Positions 40,284 through 49,891 of a stretch of DNA of 64,000 bases are shown in pieces; the first letter of the stretch is position 1, and each line of letters begins with the position of its first letter. The notes under the pieces were generated by a model. It saw only the letters and a list, made by a program, of their open reading frames with translations, had not been told where the DNA came from and ran no database searches. Position numbers and translations under genes: made by a program. This stretch comes from Candidatus Bathyarchaeia archaeon (GTDB lineage Archaea; Thermoproteota; Bathyarchaeia; 40CM-2-53-6): positions 64,001-128,000 of the forward strand of contig JBEKVV010000001.1 of the NCBI GenBank assembly GCA_049513715.1, given 5' to 3'.

Positions 40284-40942
40284 ATTGGCGCTTGCTAATC
40301 AAAGCGGGGAAAGCCTTTGACGAGATAGAACAAACATTTCCAGATCCAAGCGCATACGACTCAACGATGCGGTCTCTAAATTCTGGCTCTCTCCCACAGA
40401 AGGAAGAGGTAAGGAAGATCTACGCCTTCATGAACAAATGGTTCAGCCGCGCCGCCTGGAAGAGTTTTGACACGTTCTGTGAACGATATCAGATGGCCTG
40501 GAACAACTTATCGGCATTATCGTCCCTAGCGCTCGAAAATACATCCCCAGAAGACGTGATTAGAATCAACGGCGAACAAATCAGAGTGACAAGGGCCATC
40601 CACTTCTGTTTTGATTGTCTGTCGCTCGTTTGGAAGGTTGGATCAACACCCGCATCCAAGGCACTCCACATGACGGCCCCCGGTCTACTCGTTATGTGGG
40701 ACACGCCTATTCGTAACAGGATTGCCCACGGAAGCTCCGGCTATCACTACGCCTACATTTTTCTGCCCACAATGAAGCGAAACGTCGATGATGTGATTCA
40801 ATCTTACATTAGGGAGACGAATTGCGATAGTAAAGAGGCAGTGGCCCAGATACAGAAGGAAAGAGGCAAGAACTACACCTTGGCCAAAATGATTGATGAG
40901 TTCAACTGGGTAACGATCACCAAAGGTCGAAGACTGGGCTGA
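40280..40942 (+). CDS. Putative HhH-superfamily DNA glycosylase
   Basis: VGSTPASKALHMTAPGLLVMWD motif; ATGA overlap with the upstream gene. Confidence 0.55.
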   Translation: MNWRLLIKAGKAFDEIEQTFPDPSAYDSTMRSLNSGSLPQKEEVRKIYAFMNKWFSRAAWKSFDTFCERYQMAWNNLSALSSLALENTSPEDVIRINGEQIRVTRAIHFCFDCLSLVWKVGSTPASKALHMTAPGLLVMWDTPIRNRIAHGSSGYHYAYIFLPTMKRNVDDVIQSYIRETNCDSKEAVAQIQKERGKNYTLAKMIDEFNWVTITKGRRLG

Positions 40943-41074
40943 TTCGAAAGTAACACTTGAAGTCGTCAAATCGCCCTCGCTATCGTGGTCAGCCACTTTA
41001 CGAAACCGTGTAACAAGCGATTTATTCACAGTCTGCAAACTACTAGGTAGAAATTCTGTGAGGAGGGTGTCAAA

Positions 41075-42613
41075 ATAACACAACGCGAACTAGCGCCCAA
41101 GAAGATCACTAGAAATGAACTGAATTCTCTTGTCGATCGAGCTGCTGATCTAATCAGAACGGCTGTAGACTACAAGTTCATTCTCGTTCTGCTCTTCCTG
41201 AAGAGAGTCAATGACTTCTGGAAGACTGAAAGGCGCCAGTACGAGGAACGGCTGTCAAAAGAGGCAAAGATGTCTGGAAAGGAGGCCCAAGAACAAGCGG
41301 AAAAACTCGATTACACATTCAAGATTCCAAAACAGTACCTCTGGGACGAGATAACAAAGGACGTCAAAACTCTACCGGAAAAACTGGGGACAGCGATAAG
41401 CGAGATTGCAAAGGTAAACACCGAACTCCAAGGCGTTATCAACAGAGTCGACTTCTTGGAGTTCGCAAGAAATCAAGAAAACAGAGAACTCTTGAGACAG
41501 CTAGTAGAACTTTTCAACAAATATGACCTGGGGGGCGATGAAGTCTCACCAGACGTTCTTGGCGATGCGTACGAACATATTCTCATGAAATTCGCACCCG
41601 AGCGAGCAAAGGAGGGAGAGATCTACACACCTAGAGAAGTCATCAAACTCATGGTTGAGGCCCTAGATCCGAAACCAGGGGAGAAAGTGTACGATCCTTG
41701 TTGTGGCTCTGGAGGTATGCTCATAATCTCGTATTTGCATGTCCTAGAAAAATACGGAGAGAAGGAAGTCAAGAAGCTTTTCCTCTACGGCCAAGAGAAA
41801 AATCCCGAGATCTACGCAATAGGCGAAATGAACCTGCTGCTGCATGACATCAAAAACGCAAATTTGGAAAATGGTGACACACTTGACTTTCCGAGGTTCG
41901 AAGAAGATGGAAGACTGCAACAGTTCACCGTAGTCATCGCAAACATACCATGGAACCAGGACGGCTACAACGAGGGCCGTCTCAAAGCAGTGAAATTCAA
42001 GGATAGGTTCAGTCTTGGATACCCGCCTCAAAGTTCAGCCGACTGGGCATGGATTCAGCACATGATTGCTTCTACTATGGATGGTGGAAGAGCAGCAGTG
42101 GTGGTCGACAACGGAGCCCTATTCAGAGGTGGCCAAGAAAGAGTTGTAAGAAGCAAGATAGTGGCGAAGGAGAGAGACTGGATTGAGTGTGTCATTCTGC
42201 TTCCCGAAAAGCTCTTCTACAATACCGGAGCCCCGGGGGCAATTGTAGTTTTCAAAAGGAACAAAAAGGACGAAAGGAAAAACAAAATTCTCTTTATCAA
42301 CGCTTCGAACGAGTTCATACAGCATCCATCGATTAGAAGATTGAACACGCTATCTTCGGACAACATGAACAAGATAGTCGAAGCATACAACAACTTCTCC
42401 GAAGTTTCTGGTTTCTCTAGGGTCGTTGACGTCAAAGAGGTTGTCAAGAACGATTACACTCTGAATGTTTCTCTCTACGTGATGCCTGTTGCAGAGGGAG
42501 AACCGGTCAACATCTCTCAAGTGTATTCAGAGTTGAAGGAACTGGAGCAAAGAAGAAACGAACTCAGCAGGCAACTAGATGAGGTATTGACGAAAGTACT
42601 AGAGTTAGAGTAG
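41075..42613 (+). CDS. hsdM: Type I R-M methyltransferase subunit (probable ATA start)
   Basis: AADLIR..DYK..LLFLKR N-domain upstream of the first ATG; GEIYTP, DPCCGSGG, ANIPW. Confidence 0.93.
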   Translation: MTQRELAPKKITRNELNSLVDRAADLIRTAVDYKFILVLLFLKRVNDFWKTERRQYEERLSKEAKMSGKEAQEQAEKLDYTFKIPKQYLWDEITKDVKTLPEKLGTAISEIAKVNTELQGVINRVDFLEFARNQENRELLRQLVELFNKYDLGGDEVSPDVLGDAYEHILMKFAPERAKEGEIYTPREVIKLMVEALDPKPGEKVYDPCCGSGGMLIISYLHVLEKYGEKEVKKLFLYGQEKNPEIYAIGEMNLLLHDIKNANLENGDTLDFPRFEEDGRLQQFTVVIANIPWNQDGYNEGRLKAVKFKDRFSLGYPPQSSADWAWIQHMIASTMDGGRAAVVVDNGALFRGGQERVVRSKIVAKERDWIECVILLPEKLFYNTGAPGAIVVFKRNKKDERKNKILFINASNEFIQHPSIRRLNTLSSDNMNKIVEAYNNFSEVSGFSRVVDVKEVVKNDYTLNVSLYVMPVAEGEPVNISQVYSELKELEQRRNELSRQLDEVLTKVLELE

Positions 42614-42614
42614 C

Positions 42615-43175
42615 ATGGTTCAAGTTTTCTTTCTTGACACCAACGTAATATTGGATTACTTGGAGGGCAGAAACGAAGAAGTAAGAGCGATAGTAGAACG
42701 CCTCATCAACCTGCACAAGAATGGCAGAGTTGTCTTAGCGACCTCGATATTGAATATTGCTGAGTCCATTTACAACGAGCTTGATCTACACTTCGGCAAG
42801 TGGGGTCTTGGCCAGAAGTTCGCTTTCGATGAGATTCGGAAGAAAAGAAAAAACTGGGATTTATTTGCCGATGTTGCAAAGGATAACAACGTGATGGAGA
42901 AAATCCAAGCTTTTGCTTACAAAAACGGAGTAGCCCTATACTCGGTTCCGCCCGAAGTCGAAGAATGTGACCGACTCTACGAGCTGATTTTCAGGCATCA
43001 GTTAGAGTCACAAGACGCTCTTATTGTTGCAGCTGCACTAACGAACAACGCGACCTATTTCCTGTCCGATGATTCTACCTTGATTAAGAAAACCAGTGAC
43101 ATATTGTACGGTTACGACCTTCAAAATGAACAGTCACGTAACGCCTTCCTGAGGGATGTTCTGGAGGCGATTTGA
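42615..43175 (+). CDS. PIN-domain (VapC-like) nuclease inside the hsd operon
   Basis: FLDTNV, AE, QDALIVAAA, LSDD acidic residues. Confidence 0.85.
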   Translation: MVQVFFLDTNVILDYLEGRNEEVRAIVERLINLHKNGRVVLATSILNIAESIYNELDLHFGKWGLGQKFAFDEIRKKRKNWDLFADVAKDNNVMEKIQAFAYKNGVALYSVPPEVEECDRLYELIFRHQLESQDALIVAAALTNNATYFLSDDSTLIKKTSDILYGYDLQNEQSRNAFLRDVLEAI

Positions 43176-44446
43176 AAGTGAAGTCGCTAGCCTTCTACAG
43201 AGAAGAAAATCTCGCGCAAACAGCTATCGGAAGGATACCGAGGGATTGGACTGTTGTTACCATAGGAGAAATCGCTGAAACCATGAGTGGAGGGACTCCA
43301 AGCAGGATAAAGAAGGAATACTATGGCGGAAATATCCCTTGGGTCAAATCTGGAGAACTGAAGGACAATAATATCTACAATACGAGTGAGACCATCACGG
43401 AAGAGGGATTACGAAATTCTTCAGCGAAATTGCTTCGCAAGGGCACATTGCTGGTTGCGTTGTATGGCGCGACCGTCGGAAAGACCGGTATTCTAGGAAT
43501 AGACGCCACGACAAACCAAGCCATCTGTGCAATCACGCCAAAAGAGAATAAGCTTGAGCCCTACTATCTCAAGTATCAAATAATCGCAAGAAGAAACGAG
43601 CTTGTTTCTGCAAGTTCTGGTGGAGCTCAACCAAACATAAGCCAAGGCATCATAAGAGCTGTCAGAATTCCACTGCCAGCATTGGAAGAGCAACATGAGA
43701 TCGCTGAGGTTCTCTCAAACGTCGATCAGACGATTCGCACGACCGATCAAATCATCGCAAAGACGGAACTTCTCAAGAAAACTCTGATGCAGCAGCTTCT
43801 CACGAGGGGAATAGGGCATAAGGAGTTCAGGGATTCTGAGATCGGAAGGATTCCGAAATCTTGGAATGTCTCTAGACTGGGCGATGTCGCAAAAGTAGAG
43901 CGTGGTAAGTTTTCGCACAGGCCTAGAAATGCACCCGAGTTCTATGGTGGGAAGATACCATTCATTCAAACAGGTGATATCGCAAAAACTAAGGGAATTA
44001 TCCGAAACTACTCCCAGACGTTGAACGAAAAAGGGCTGAAGATTAGCAGGCTATTCAAGAAAGGCACGATTGTCGTTTCAATAGCAGGTAATATCGGCGA
44101 CATCGGAATGCTCGGCTTTGATGCGTGTTTTCCTGACAGTGTCGTGGGTATTTCGGCTCATGATGAAATGCATAGCATGTTCCTCATGTACTTGCTCCAG
44201 ATCTATCAACAGGAGCTAAGTGGCAGAGCCCCCCGGAGTACACAGAAAAACATCAATCTACAAATCCTGAAGTCTATCAGAATTCCAGTTCCATCTGCTG
44301 ATGAACAGCGTCAGATTGCTAGCGTTCTTTCAAGCATTGACGGAAAGCTCGAAGTTGAGAGGAACGAGGGAGCAAGTCTGGAAAAGGCCAAGCAAGGACT
44401 AATGAATTTACTTCTTACAGGGAAAATCAGAATCAAGGTAGATTGA
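43172..44446 (+). CDS. hsdS: Type I R-M specificity subunit
   Basis: Two TRDs; IGRIPxxW repeats, GGAQPNI, PxPxxxEQ, KQGLMNLLLTGK. Confidence 0.95.
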   Translation: MKVKSLAFYREENLAQTAIGRIPRDWTVVTIGEIAETMSGGTPSRIKKEYYGGNIPWVKSGELKDNNIYNTSETITEEGLRNSSAKLLRKGTLLVALYGATVGKTGILGIDATTNQAICAITPKENKLEPYYLKYQIIARRNELVSASSGGAQPNISQGIIRAVRIPLPALEEQHEIAEVLSNVDQTIRTTDQIIAKTELLKKTLMQQLLTRGIGHKEFRDSEIGRIPKSWNVSRLGDVAKVERGKFSHRPRNAPEFYGGKIPFIQTGDIAKTKGIIRNYSQTLNEKGLKISRLFKKGTIVVSIAGNIGDIGMLGFDACFPDSVVGISAHDEMHSMFLMYLLQIYQQELSGRAPRSTQKNINLQILKSIRIPVPSADEQRQIASVLSSIDGKLEVERNEGASLEKAKQGLMNLLLTGKIRIKVD

Positions 44447-47400
44447 ATGAGTTATAGTGAAAAGGGCACAGTCGAAGATTTCATCATTCAAGAGCTTCAG
44501 AAACTTGGATGGAAGTTCCTGAACCAGAAGGAAATGGAGGCAAAGCGCAAGGGCAGGCTTGACGAACCGCTGGTTCTGGAAGACCTTAGGATTTCTATTA
44601 GAAAGCTGAATCCCGATATAGATTTCACAGATGCCGACCTTGATTTTGTCGCTGTCTCCCTTAGGACGATGCCATCGAACCTCGAAGGAATCAGGAGATT
44701 TCTTGACATTTTCAGAAATGGCATCGTCGTCCCGATACAGAAGGAGAACAAGGAGAAGGTCGTCGGACTTTTCGACTTAGCTAGCACTGACAACAACGAG
44801 TTTGTTGTTACAAATCAATTCAAGCTTGAAGGCTCGAAAGCCAACATCAGGGCGGACATCATTCTTCTGGTAAACGGCATCCCTCTGGTTTGCATCGAAT
44901 GCAAGAGCCCCACTCAGGAGAATGTAGATTGGACAACCGGTTATACGAAGATAAAGAGATACGAGCGAGACGCACCTGAGCTCTTCAAGTACGTCCAGTA
45001 TTCAATCGCAACCGACGGAATGAAGACGAAATATTTCCCAAACGGCTTCAACGACGAGAGCACAGATTTCATCAGCGAATGGAAAGACCCGCACCCGTTC
45101 AAAGCGTCAGAGTTCAAAGATGACATTTTGAAAGCCACCGTGTACGGGCTACTGTCGAGGTCGAACCTTCTCGACCTCATCGAGAATTTCACTTTCATCA
45201 GGAAAGAGACGGACAAGTCCACCAAGATAATGACTCGCTATATGCAGTTCAGGGCTACGGAGAAGATCTGCAAGCGAGTAATTCAGACTCTGAAAGGCAA
45301 GGAAAACAGCAAGTTCGGTCTGATATGGCACTGGCAGGGTTCCGGTAAGACTTACACTATGGCGTTCACTGCCTGGAAGCTCTACTTTTCCTCTGCAACA
45401 GAAAGGCCGAGCATCTTTGTGCTTGTCGACAGGAAAGACCTGGAGGAGCAGATCGAGAAGGATTTCGGCTTCATCGAGGTGCCGTTGGAGAGAATCCACT
45501 CCATCAGGGAACTCGTCGAAGTCTTGAGGCACGGCAAGGAAGGCAAGAGAGGAGTATTCCTCGTCACGATAGAGAAGTTCAGCCCGAAGGAGTTCAAGGA
45601 ACTTGCGAAAGAAAGCGGCGAGATAGAAATCAAGCGAGAGAATGTGATAGTCCTCGCCGACGAGGTTCACAGGACACAGTACGGCAAGTTCTCGACGCTG
45701 ATGAGACACATTTTCAAGAAAGCGTTCATCTTCGGCTTCACCGGCACGCCTCTCTCGAAGTTGGAGCGCAACACCTTCTCGAAATTCTGCCCCAGAGGCG
45801 AACTCTACCTCGACAGGTACTCGATGCTTGATGCCCTAAAAGACGGTTTCACAGTCGAACTTTCCTACCAGCCGAAGCTCCCTGAGTATCACCTGAATGA
45901 GAAGCAATACAAACAGTTTGTCAAGTTCGAGGAGGAAGAAATCAAGACTCTGTCCAAAGTGGAGCAGAAGGAACTCAGAAAGAAGATCAGGGTAATCACT
46001 GCATTTGTGAAGAAGCCGGAACGAGTGAGCGCAATCACTGCCGACATAGCCCAGCATTTCAAGGATGTCGTCGAACCGACTGACCTCAAGGCTATGGTCG
46101 TTACAATTGACAGGGATGCGTGCGTCCAATACAAGACCGCACTGGATAAGGCCCTTCCGCCGGATTTCTCCGAAATAGTGATGACATTCACTCCTGACGA
46201 CAAGCAAGACATCAGGTCATACTTTGACAAGCTGTGCGAGAAGTACGGCACCAAGGACATGAAGGACATTCACGACAAGATTATTGACAGCTTCAAGACG
46301 GGCAAACAGCCGAAAATCCTCATCGTCACTGACATGCTGATAACGGGCTTCGACGCCCCAGTCCTCTGGACGATGTACCTCGACAAACCGCTGAAAGAGC
46401 ATAGAGTTCTCCAAGCCATAGCAAGGACGAACAGGCCGTTCTTAAACAAGAAATTCGGTTTGATTGAAGATTACATTGGAGTCCTAGCGGAACTTCAGAA
46501 GGCGTTCCAGAAGTTCGAGGCAAGCGACGCGAAAGACTTGCGTGTTGTCATAAGACAGCTTGACAAGGAAAAGGAAGAATTCAAGGGCCTCCTTCAGAAA
46601 GCGCTGAGAATTTTCGAATCGGTAAAGAAAGAGGACACCCGTGAAAGTCTAGAGAGTGCGATGGACGTTCTGGTCAATCCGGAGACGGCAAAACAGTTCG
46701 AAGCGGTCATGCGGTCGCTCATGAAATCCTATGAAATGCTCAGAGGCGAGGCGTTTCTGGCTCCATACCTGTCGGACTATACTTGGCTCACCAAGATGCT
46801 CGTAGCCTATAACAAGCGCTTCAAGAAGAAGGACGTGGACGAGCTCAAGATACAGGAATTATCAAGGAAGACATATCAGCTCATACAGCAGACTATTGAC
46901 GTAAAAGAGATCGAAGATACATACCCAACTCTAAGCATCAACGCCGAGTATGTGGAGGCGCTCAAGAAATCGAAACCCAAGACAATGGGCGCCGCAATCG
47001 ACGTCATTGCTGACATCCGGCACGAGGCGAGCATCCATCCGAGTTCGCCTTTCTTCCTCAACCTAAGCAGAGAAATCGAGACGGCTTACGAAGACCTCAG
47101 GACGAAAAAGGTCGACATAGAGGAGGCCGTACACAAAGCCATCGATTTCTCTGAGAAAATCGCCGCCTGGAAGACGGAAGAGAACGAGATAGGGAAGGAC
47201 AAATATCCGCTCTACGAGGCCGTGAAGACAGTACTGCCTGACGTCGAAAAACAGAAGGCGGTCTCATTTGTCAACCGTCTCACAGAGCACCTGCAGGAAC
47301 TGGGTTTGCTCTTCGAAGGCTGGCAACTGCAGAGAGACGTACGCCGGAAAGTAAAATCCGAGACAAGATTCCTCCTCCTGTCTGACTACAAGGAACACCA

Positions 47401-47458
47401 TGACAAGATAGACGAACTCACCGAGCAACTGTTCGGAGCAATGGAGGGAATGCAATGA
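44447..47458 (+). CDS. hsdR: Type I R-M restriction subunit
   Basis: ADIILLVNGIPLVCIECK, WHWQGSGKT, DEVHR, FTGTP, MLITGFDAP, QAIARTNR. Confidence 0.96.
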   Translation: MSYSEKGTVEDFIIQELQKLGWKFLNQKEMEAKRKGRLDEPLVLEDLRISIRKLNPDIDFTDADLDFVAVSLRTMPSNLEGIRRFLDIFRNGIVVPIQKENKEKVVGLFDLASTDNNEFVVTNQFKLEGSKANIRADIILLVNGIPLVCIECKSPTQENVDWTTGYTKIKRYERDAPELFKYVQYSIATDGMKTKYFPNGFNDESTDFISEWKDPHPFKASEFKDDILKATVYGLLSRSNLLDLIENFTFIRKETDKSTKIMTRYMQFRATEKICKRVIQTLKGKENSKFGLIWHWQGSGKTYTMAFTAWKLYFSSATERPSIFVLVDRKDLEEQIEKDFGFIEVPLERIHSIRELVEVLRHGKEGKRGVFLVTIEKFSPKEFKELAKESGEIEIKRENVIVLADEVHRTQYGKFSTLMRHIFKKAFIFGFTGTPLSKLERNTFSKFCPRGELYLDRYSMLDALKDGFTVELSYQPKLPEYHLNEKQYKQFVKFEEEEIKTLSKVEQKELRKKIRVITAFVKKPERVSAITADIAQHFKDVVEPTDLKAMVVTIDRDACVQYKTALDKALPPDFSEIVMTFTPDDKQDIRSYFDKLCEKYGTKDMKDIHDKIIDSFKTGKQPKILIVTDMLITGFDAPVLWTMYLDKPLKEHRVLQAIARTNRPFLNKKFGLIEDYIGVLAELQKAFQKFEASDAKDLRVVIRQLDKEKEEFKGLLQKALRIFESVKKEDTRESLESAMDVLVNPETAKQFEAVMRSLMKSYEMLRGEAFLAPYLSDYTWLTKMLVAYNKRFKKKDVDELKIQELSRKTYQLIQQTIDVKEIEDTYPTLSINAEYVEALKKSKPKTMGAAIDVIADIRHEASIHPSSPFFLNLSREIETAYEDLRTKKVDIEEAVHKAIDFSEKIAAWKTEENEIGKDKYPLYEAVKTVLPDVEKQKAVSFVNRLTEHLQELGLLFEGWQLQRDVRRKVKSETRFLLLSDYKEHHDKIDELTEQLFGAMEGMQ

Positions 47459-47832
47459 AGAGGACAATCGAAACCACCGATGACCCTCAGATTGAGGCGC
47501 TATATTCGAGACTTTCCAACGTTTATGATCAGATACGAAAAGAGAGAAGAGTCGAAGTTTTCGGCACGCTTGATTTCGAGGTCGTCAAAAGCATAGATGG
47601 CAAGAAACAGAGAATTGCAAAACTCAAAGGAAACAAGATATTAGTTCACATAAAGGCAAGGAGATTGCCGAAGAATGCTCTCAGATATATCATCGCCCAT
47701 GAAATCGCACACACGCTCACAAAGCGACACACAAAGAGATTTTGGAAAGTCGTCGGAGCAATTTACCCGACGTATGAAACGGGACAGAGCCTTCTCATGA
47801 AATATGGCAGTGAAGTTAGCTTTCCAGATTAG
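47455..47832 (+). CDS. YgjP/M48-like zinc metallopeptidase associated with type I R-M
   Basis: YIIAHEIAH..HTKRFW. Confidence 0.85.
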   Translation: MKRTIETTDDPQIEALYSRLSNVYDQIRKERRVEVFGTLDFEVVKSIDGKKQRIAKLKGNKILVHIKARRLPKNALRYIIAHEIAHTLTKRHTKRFWKVVGAIYPTYETGQSLLMKYGSEVSFPD

Positions 47833-48315
47833 TATCGCTAAATCATTGATTTGCTTGAGTTACTCTCGACTTGTGCCGACGACTTGCCGCACTTAGCTGA
47901 TCCACTCTCACCAGGGAATACATTCACGGGTAACATGAAAGCGCTTGGATCTCCTCAGACGATTTTCGAAATATGGCCCATACTCCACATACCTCCTAAC
48001 GGAAATCGGGAATCCAAGAAACTCCTAACGTTCGAATCCGCTCCATCTCTGTCGATCCGTGCGTAGAAAGACTGAAGAGTTACCCCTTTGTCATCGTGGC
48101 TTGCCAATTCAGGTCGTGCAGAATCCTTGACAGCTGCTGGGAATCCTAGTCTCGGTGCAACATCTACCTTCATCTACCTTCTAACTTCCAGCCCGTCAGC
48201 ACGGATTCGACACTAAAATTCCTGAATTGTGTACAGGGACTTGATGAGACTCGTTCCATCAACCAGTCGCTTTGCCCATAAGCAGATTACAAATAGTGAA
48301 GAGATCTATTATCAG

Positions 48316-49149
48316 ATGAAGAGAGCAAGACCGATAATGGCTCAGCAAGCACAACTTATCAACCGGTTGAATGACCTCAGTGGCAAAGAATGGATGCTAT
48401 TTACGAAGTCATGGTTCATTCTGAATCCATCTCCGAGAGGTCTTAAGGCATTACACCCGGCCTGCTACCCAGAAGAACTGGCATCGGCCTTCATCCAGTT
48501 TTTCACTAAAAGGGATGACTGGATCCTTGACCCTTTCCTCGGATCGGGCACCACTCTTGTCGCGGCTAAGCGGGCGGGACGAAATTCGGTGGGGATAGAG
48601 GTTTACAAGAAATATGCTCAACTCACGAAAGATCGGCTATCACAGATCGATGGTAACGGCACAAAGAGTCAAGTCTATGCGGGAGATTCAAGAAACATAA
48701 CATCAATCTTCAAAGCGAACAAACTGCCGTTCATAGACTTCTGTCTCACTTCGCCACCCTATTGGAATCAACTGCGACAGAATCACAGAAGACAAAGATC
48801 GAGAACAGAAATGGGCTTGTCGACTAGCTATGGAAAGTCAAAGCTCGACCTAGCCAACATTGATGACTATGATGAGTTCCTTCGAGCTGTCGTAGGTATC
48901 TTTGACGGTGTCCACAATGTAATGGCGAAAAACTCCTATCTCGTATTAGTTTGCAACAACGTATATCGTAATGGAAGAGTCTTCCCGCTGGCGTATGATC
49001 TGTTTCGTATGCTATCAAAAAAATGGATACCGAAAGACGAGCGCATTTGGTGTCAGGACAATAAGTCACTTTATCCATTTGGAATCTATTGCGCATGGGT
49101 AGCAAACCGTTGTCATCATTACTGTTTTGTTTTCAAGAGGGCTGACTGA
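48316..49149 (+). CDS. Orphan amino-DNA methyltransferase (probably m4C)
   Basis: HPACYP, LDPFLGSGTT (motif I) precedes TSPPYW (motif IV); start could be 48229 or 48337. Confidence 0.9.
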   Translation: MKRARPIMAQQAQLINRLNDLSGKEWMLFTKSWFILNPSPRGLKALHPACYPEELASAFIQFFTKRDDWILDPFLGSGTTLVAAKRAGRNSVGIEVYKKYAQLTKDRLSQIDGNGTKSQVYAGDSRNITSIFKANKLPFIDFCLTSPPYWNQLRQNHRRQRSRTEMGLSTSYGKSKLDLANIDDYDEFLRAVVGIFDGVHNVMAKNSYLVLVCNNVYRNGRVFPLAYDLFRMLSKKWIPKDERIWCQDNKSLYPFGIYCAWVANRCHHYCFVFKRAD

Positions 49150-49868
49150 TCTCCCATCTTGATGCCAATCTGCCCGTCTCTTTTTCCGCCCTTATGAGGC
49201 GGAAGGTTCATCACCAGAGTCATGACGACGTCATGCTCTATTTCATCAAGTCTCTTTGATAAGAGGCTTCCAATGGTCGAGTACGGCATCTCGATCGCAA
49301 TGGCACTAATTGTGCCATCGACTACTGATAGTTTGCTAAGTCTGACAGGTCGGGCAAGATCGAGTCTGAAGTTCCTCATTTCCTCGCTATTTTCATTTGA
49401 AACCCAGAGAATCTCTCCGACTAATTTGCGTGTCACTTTGTTGGCATAGAGGCTTCGCTCGATGGGTGTCTGAATAGTCAAAGTGACCTCGTTTATGGAC
49501 TCCTGTTTGAAGAAACCCTTGTCTTTTAGCTTGATAGTCTTGACTTTTCTCTTACGTGAGGTAATCACTTCAAAGTGATCATCGGCTAAGTCAGTTTCAA
49601 TTCCTCCTGGAGGTGTGTATTGTATTAGGATGTCAGCATTCAACGGTGGTTCGTAGAGTTTCAAACGCTGATATGGAAAAAGCCGTGTTCCCCAGTTTAA
49701 GGCACATTTTAGCACCTGTATTCTACGAAGAGTAAAATCGTCTATGTAGACGTCCTGATCCGAGTTGGTAGACTTTGGTTTTTCATATGCAGCGTATCCC
49801 AACCAGCCGACAATGGCCGTACCAATAATGCCGACAATACCGATCATAATGGATGTGACATCTGTCAA
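49119..49868 (-). CDS. N-terminally membrane-anchored beta-rich protein
   Basis: Single TM (IMIGIVGIIGTAIVGWLGY) then soluble domain; third gene of a minus-strand operon. Confidence 0.7.
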   Translation of the reverse strand: MTDVTSIMIGIVGIIGTAIVGWLGYAAYEKPKSTNSDQDVYIDDFTLRRIQVLKCALNWGTRLFPYQRLKLYEPPLNADILIQYTPPGGIETDLADDHFEVITSRKRKVKTIKLKDKGFFKQESINEVTLTIQTPIERSLYANKVTRKLVGEILWVSNENSEEMRNFRLDLARPVRLSKLSVVDGTISAIAIEMPYSTIGSLLSKRLDEIEHDVVMTLVMNLPPHKGGKRDGQIGIKMGDQSALLKTKQ

Positions 49869-49891
49869 TCTATGTCTACTCGAAGCATGGT

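Noticed and set aside
47833..48228. Short ORFs between the R-M operon and the MTase
   Set aside because: No motifs; probably decayed sequence
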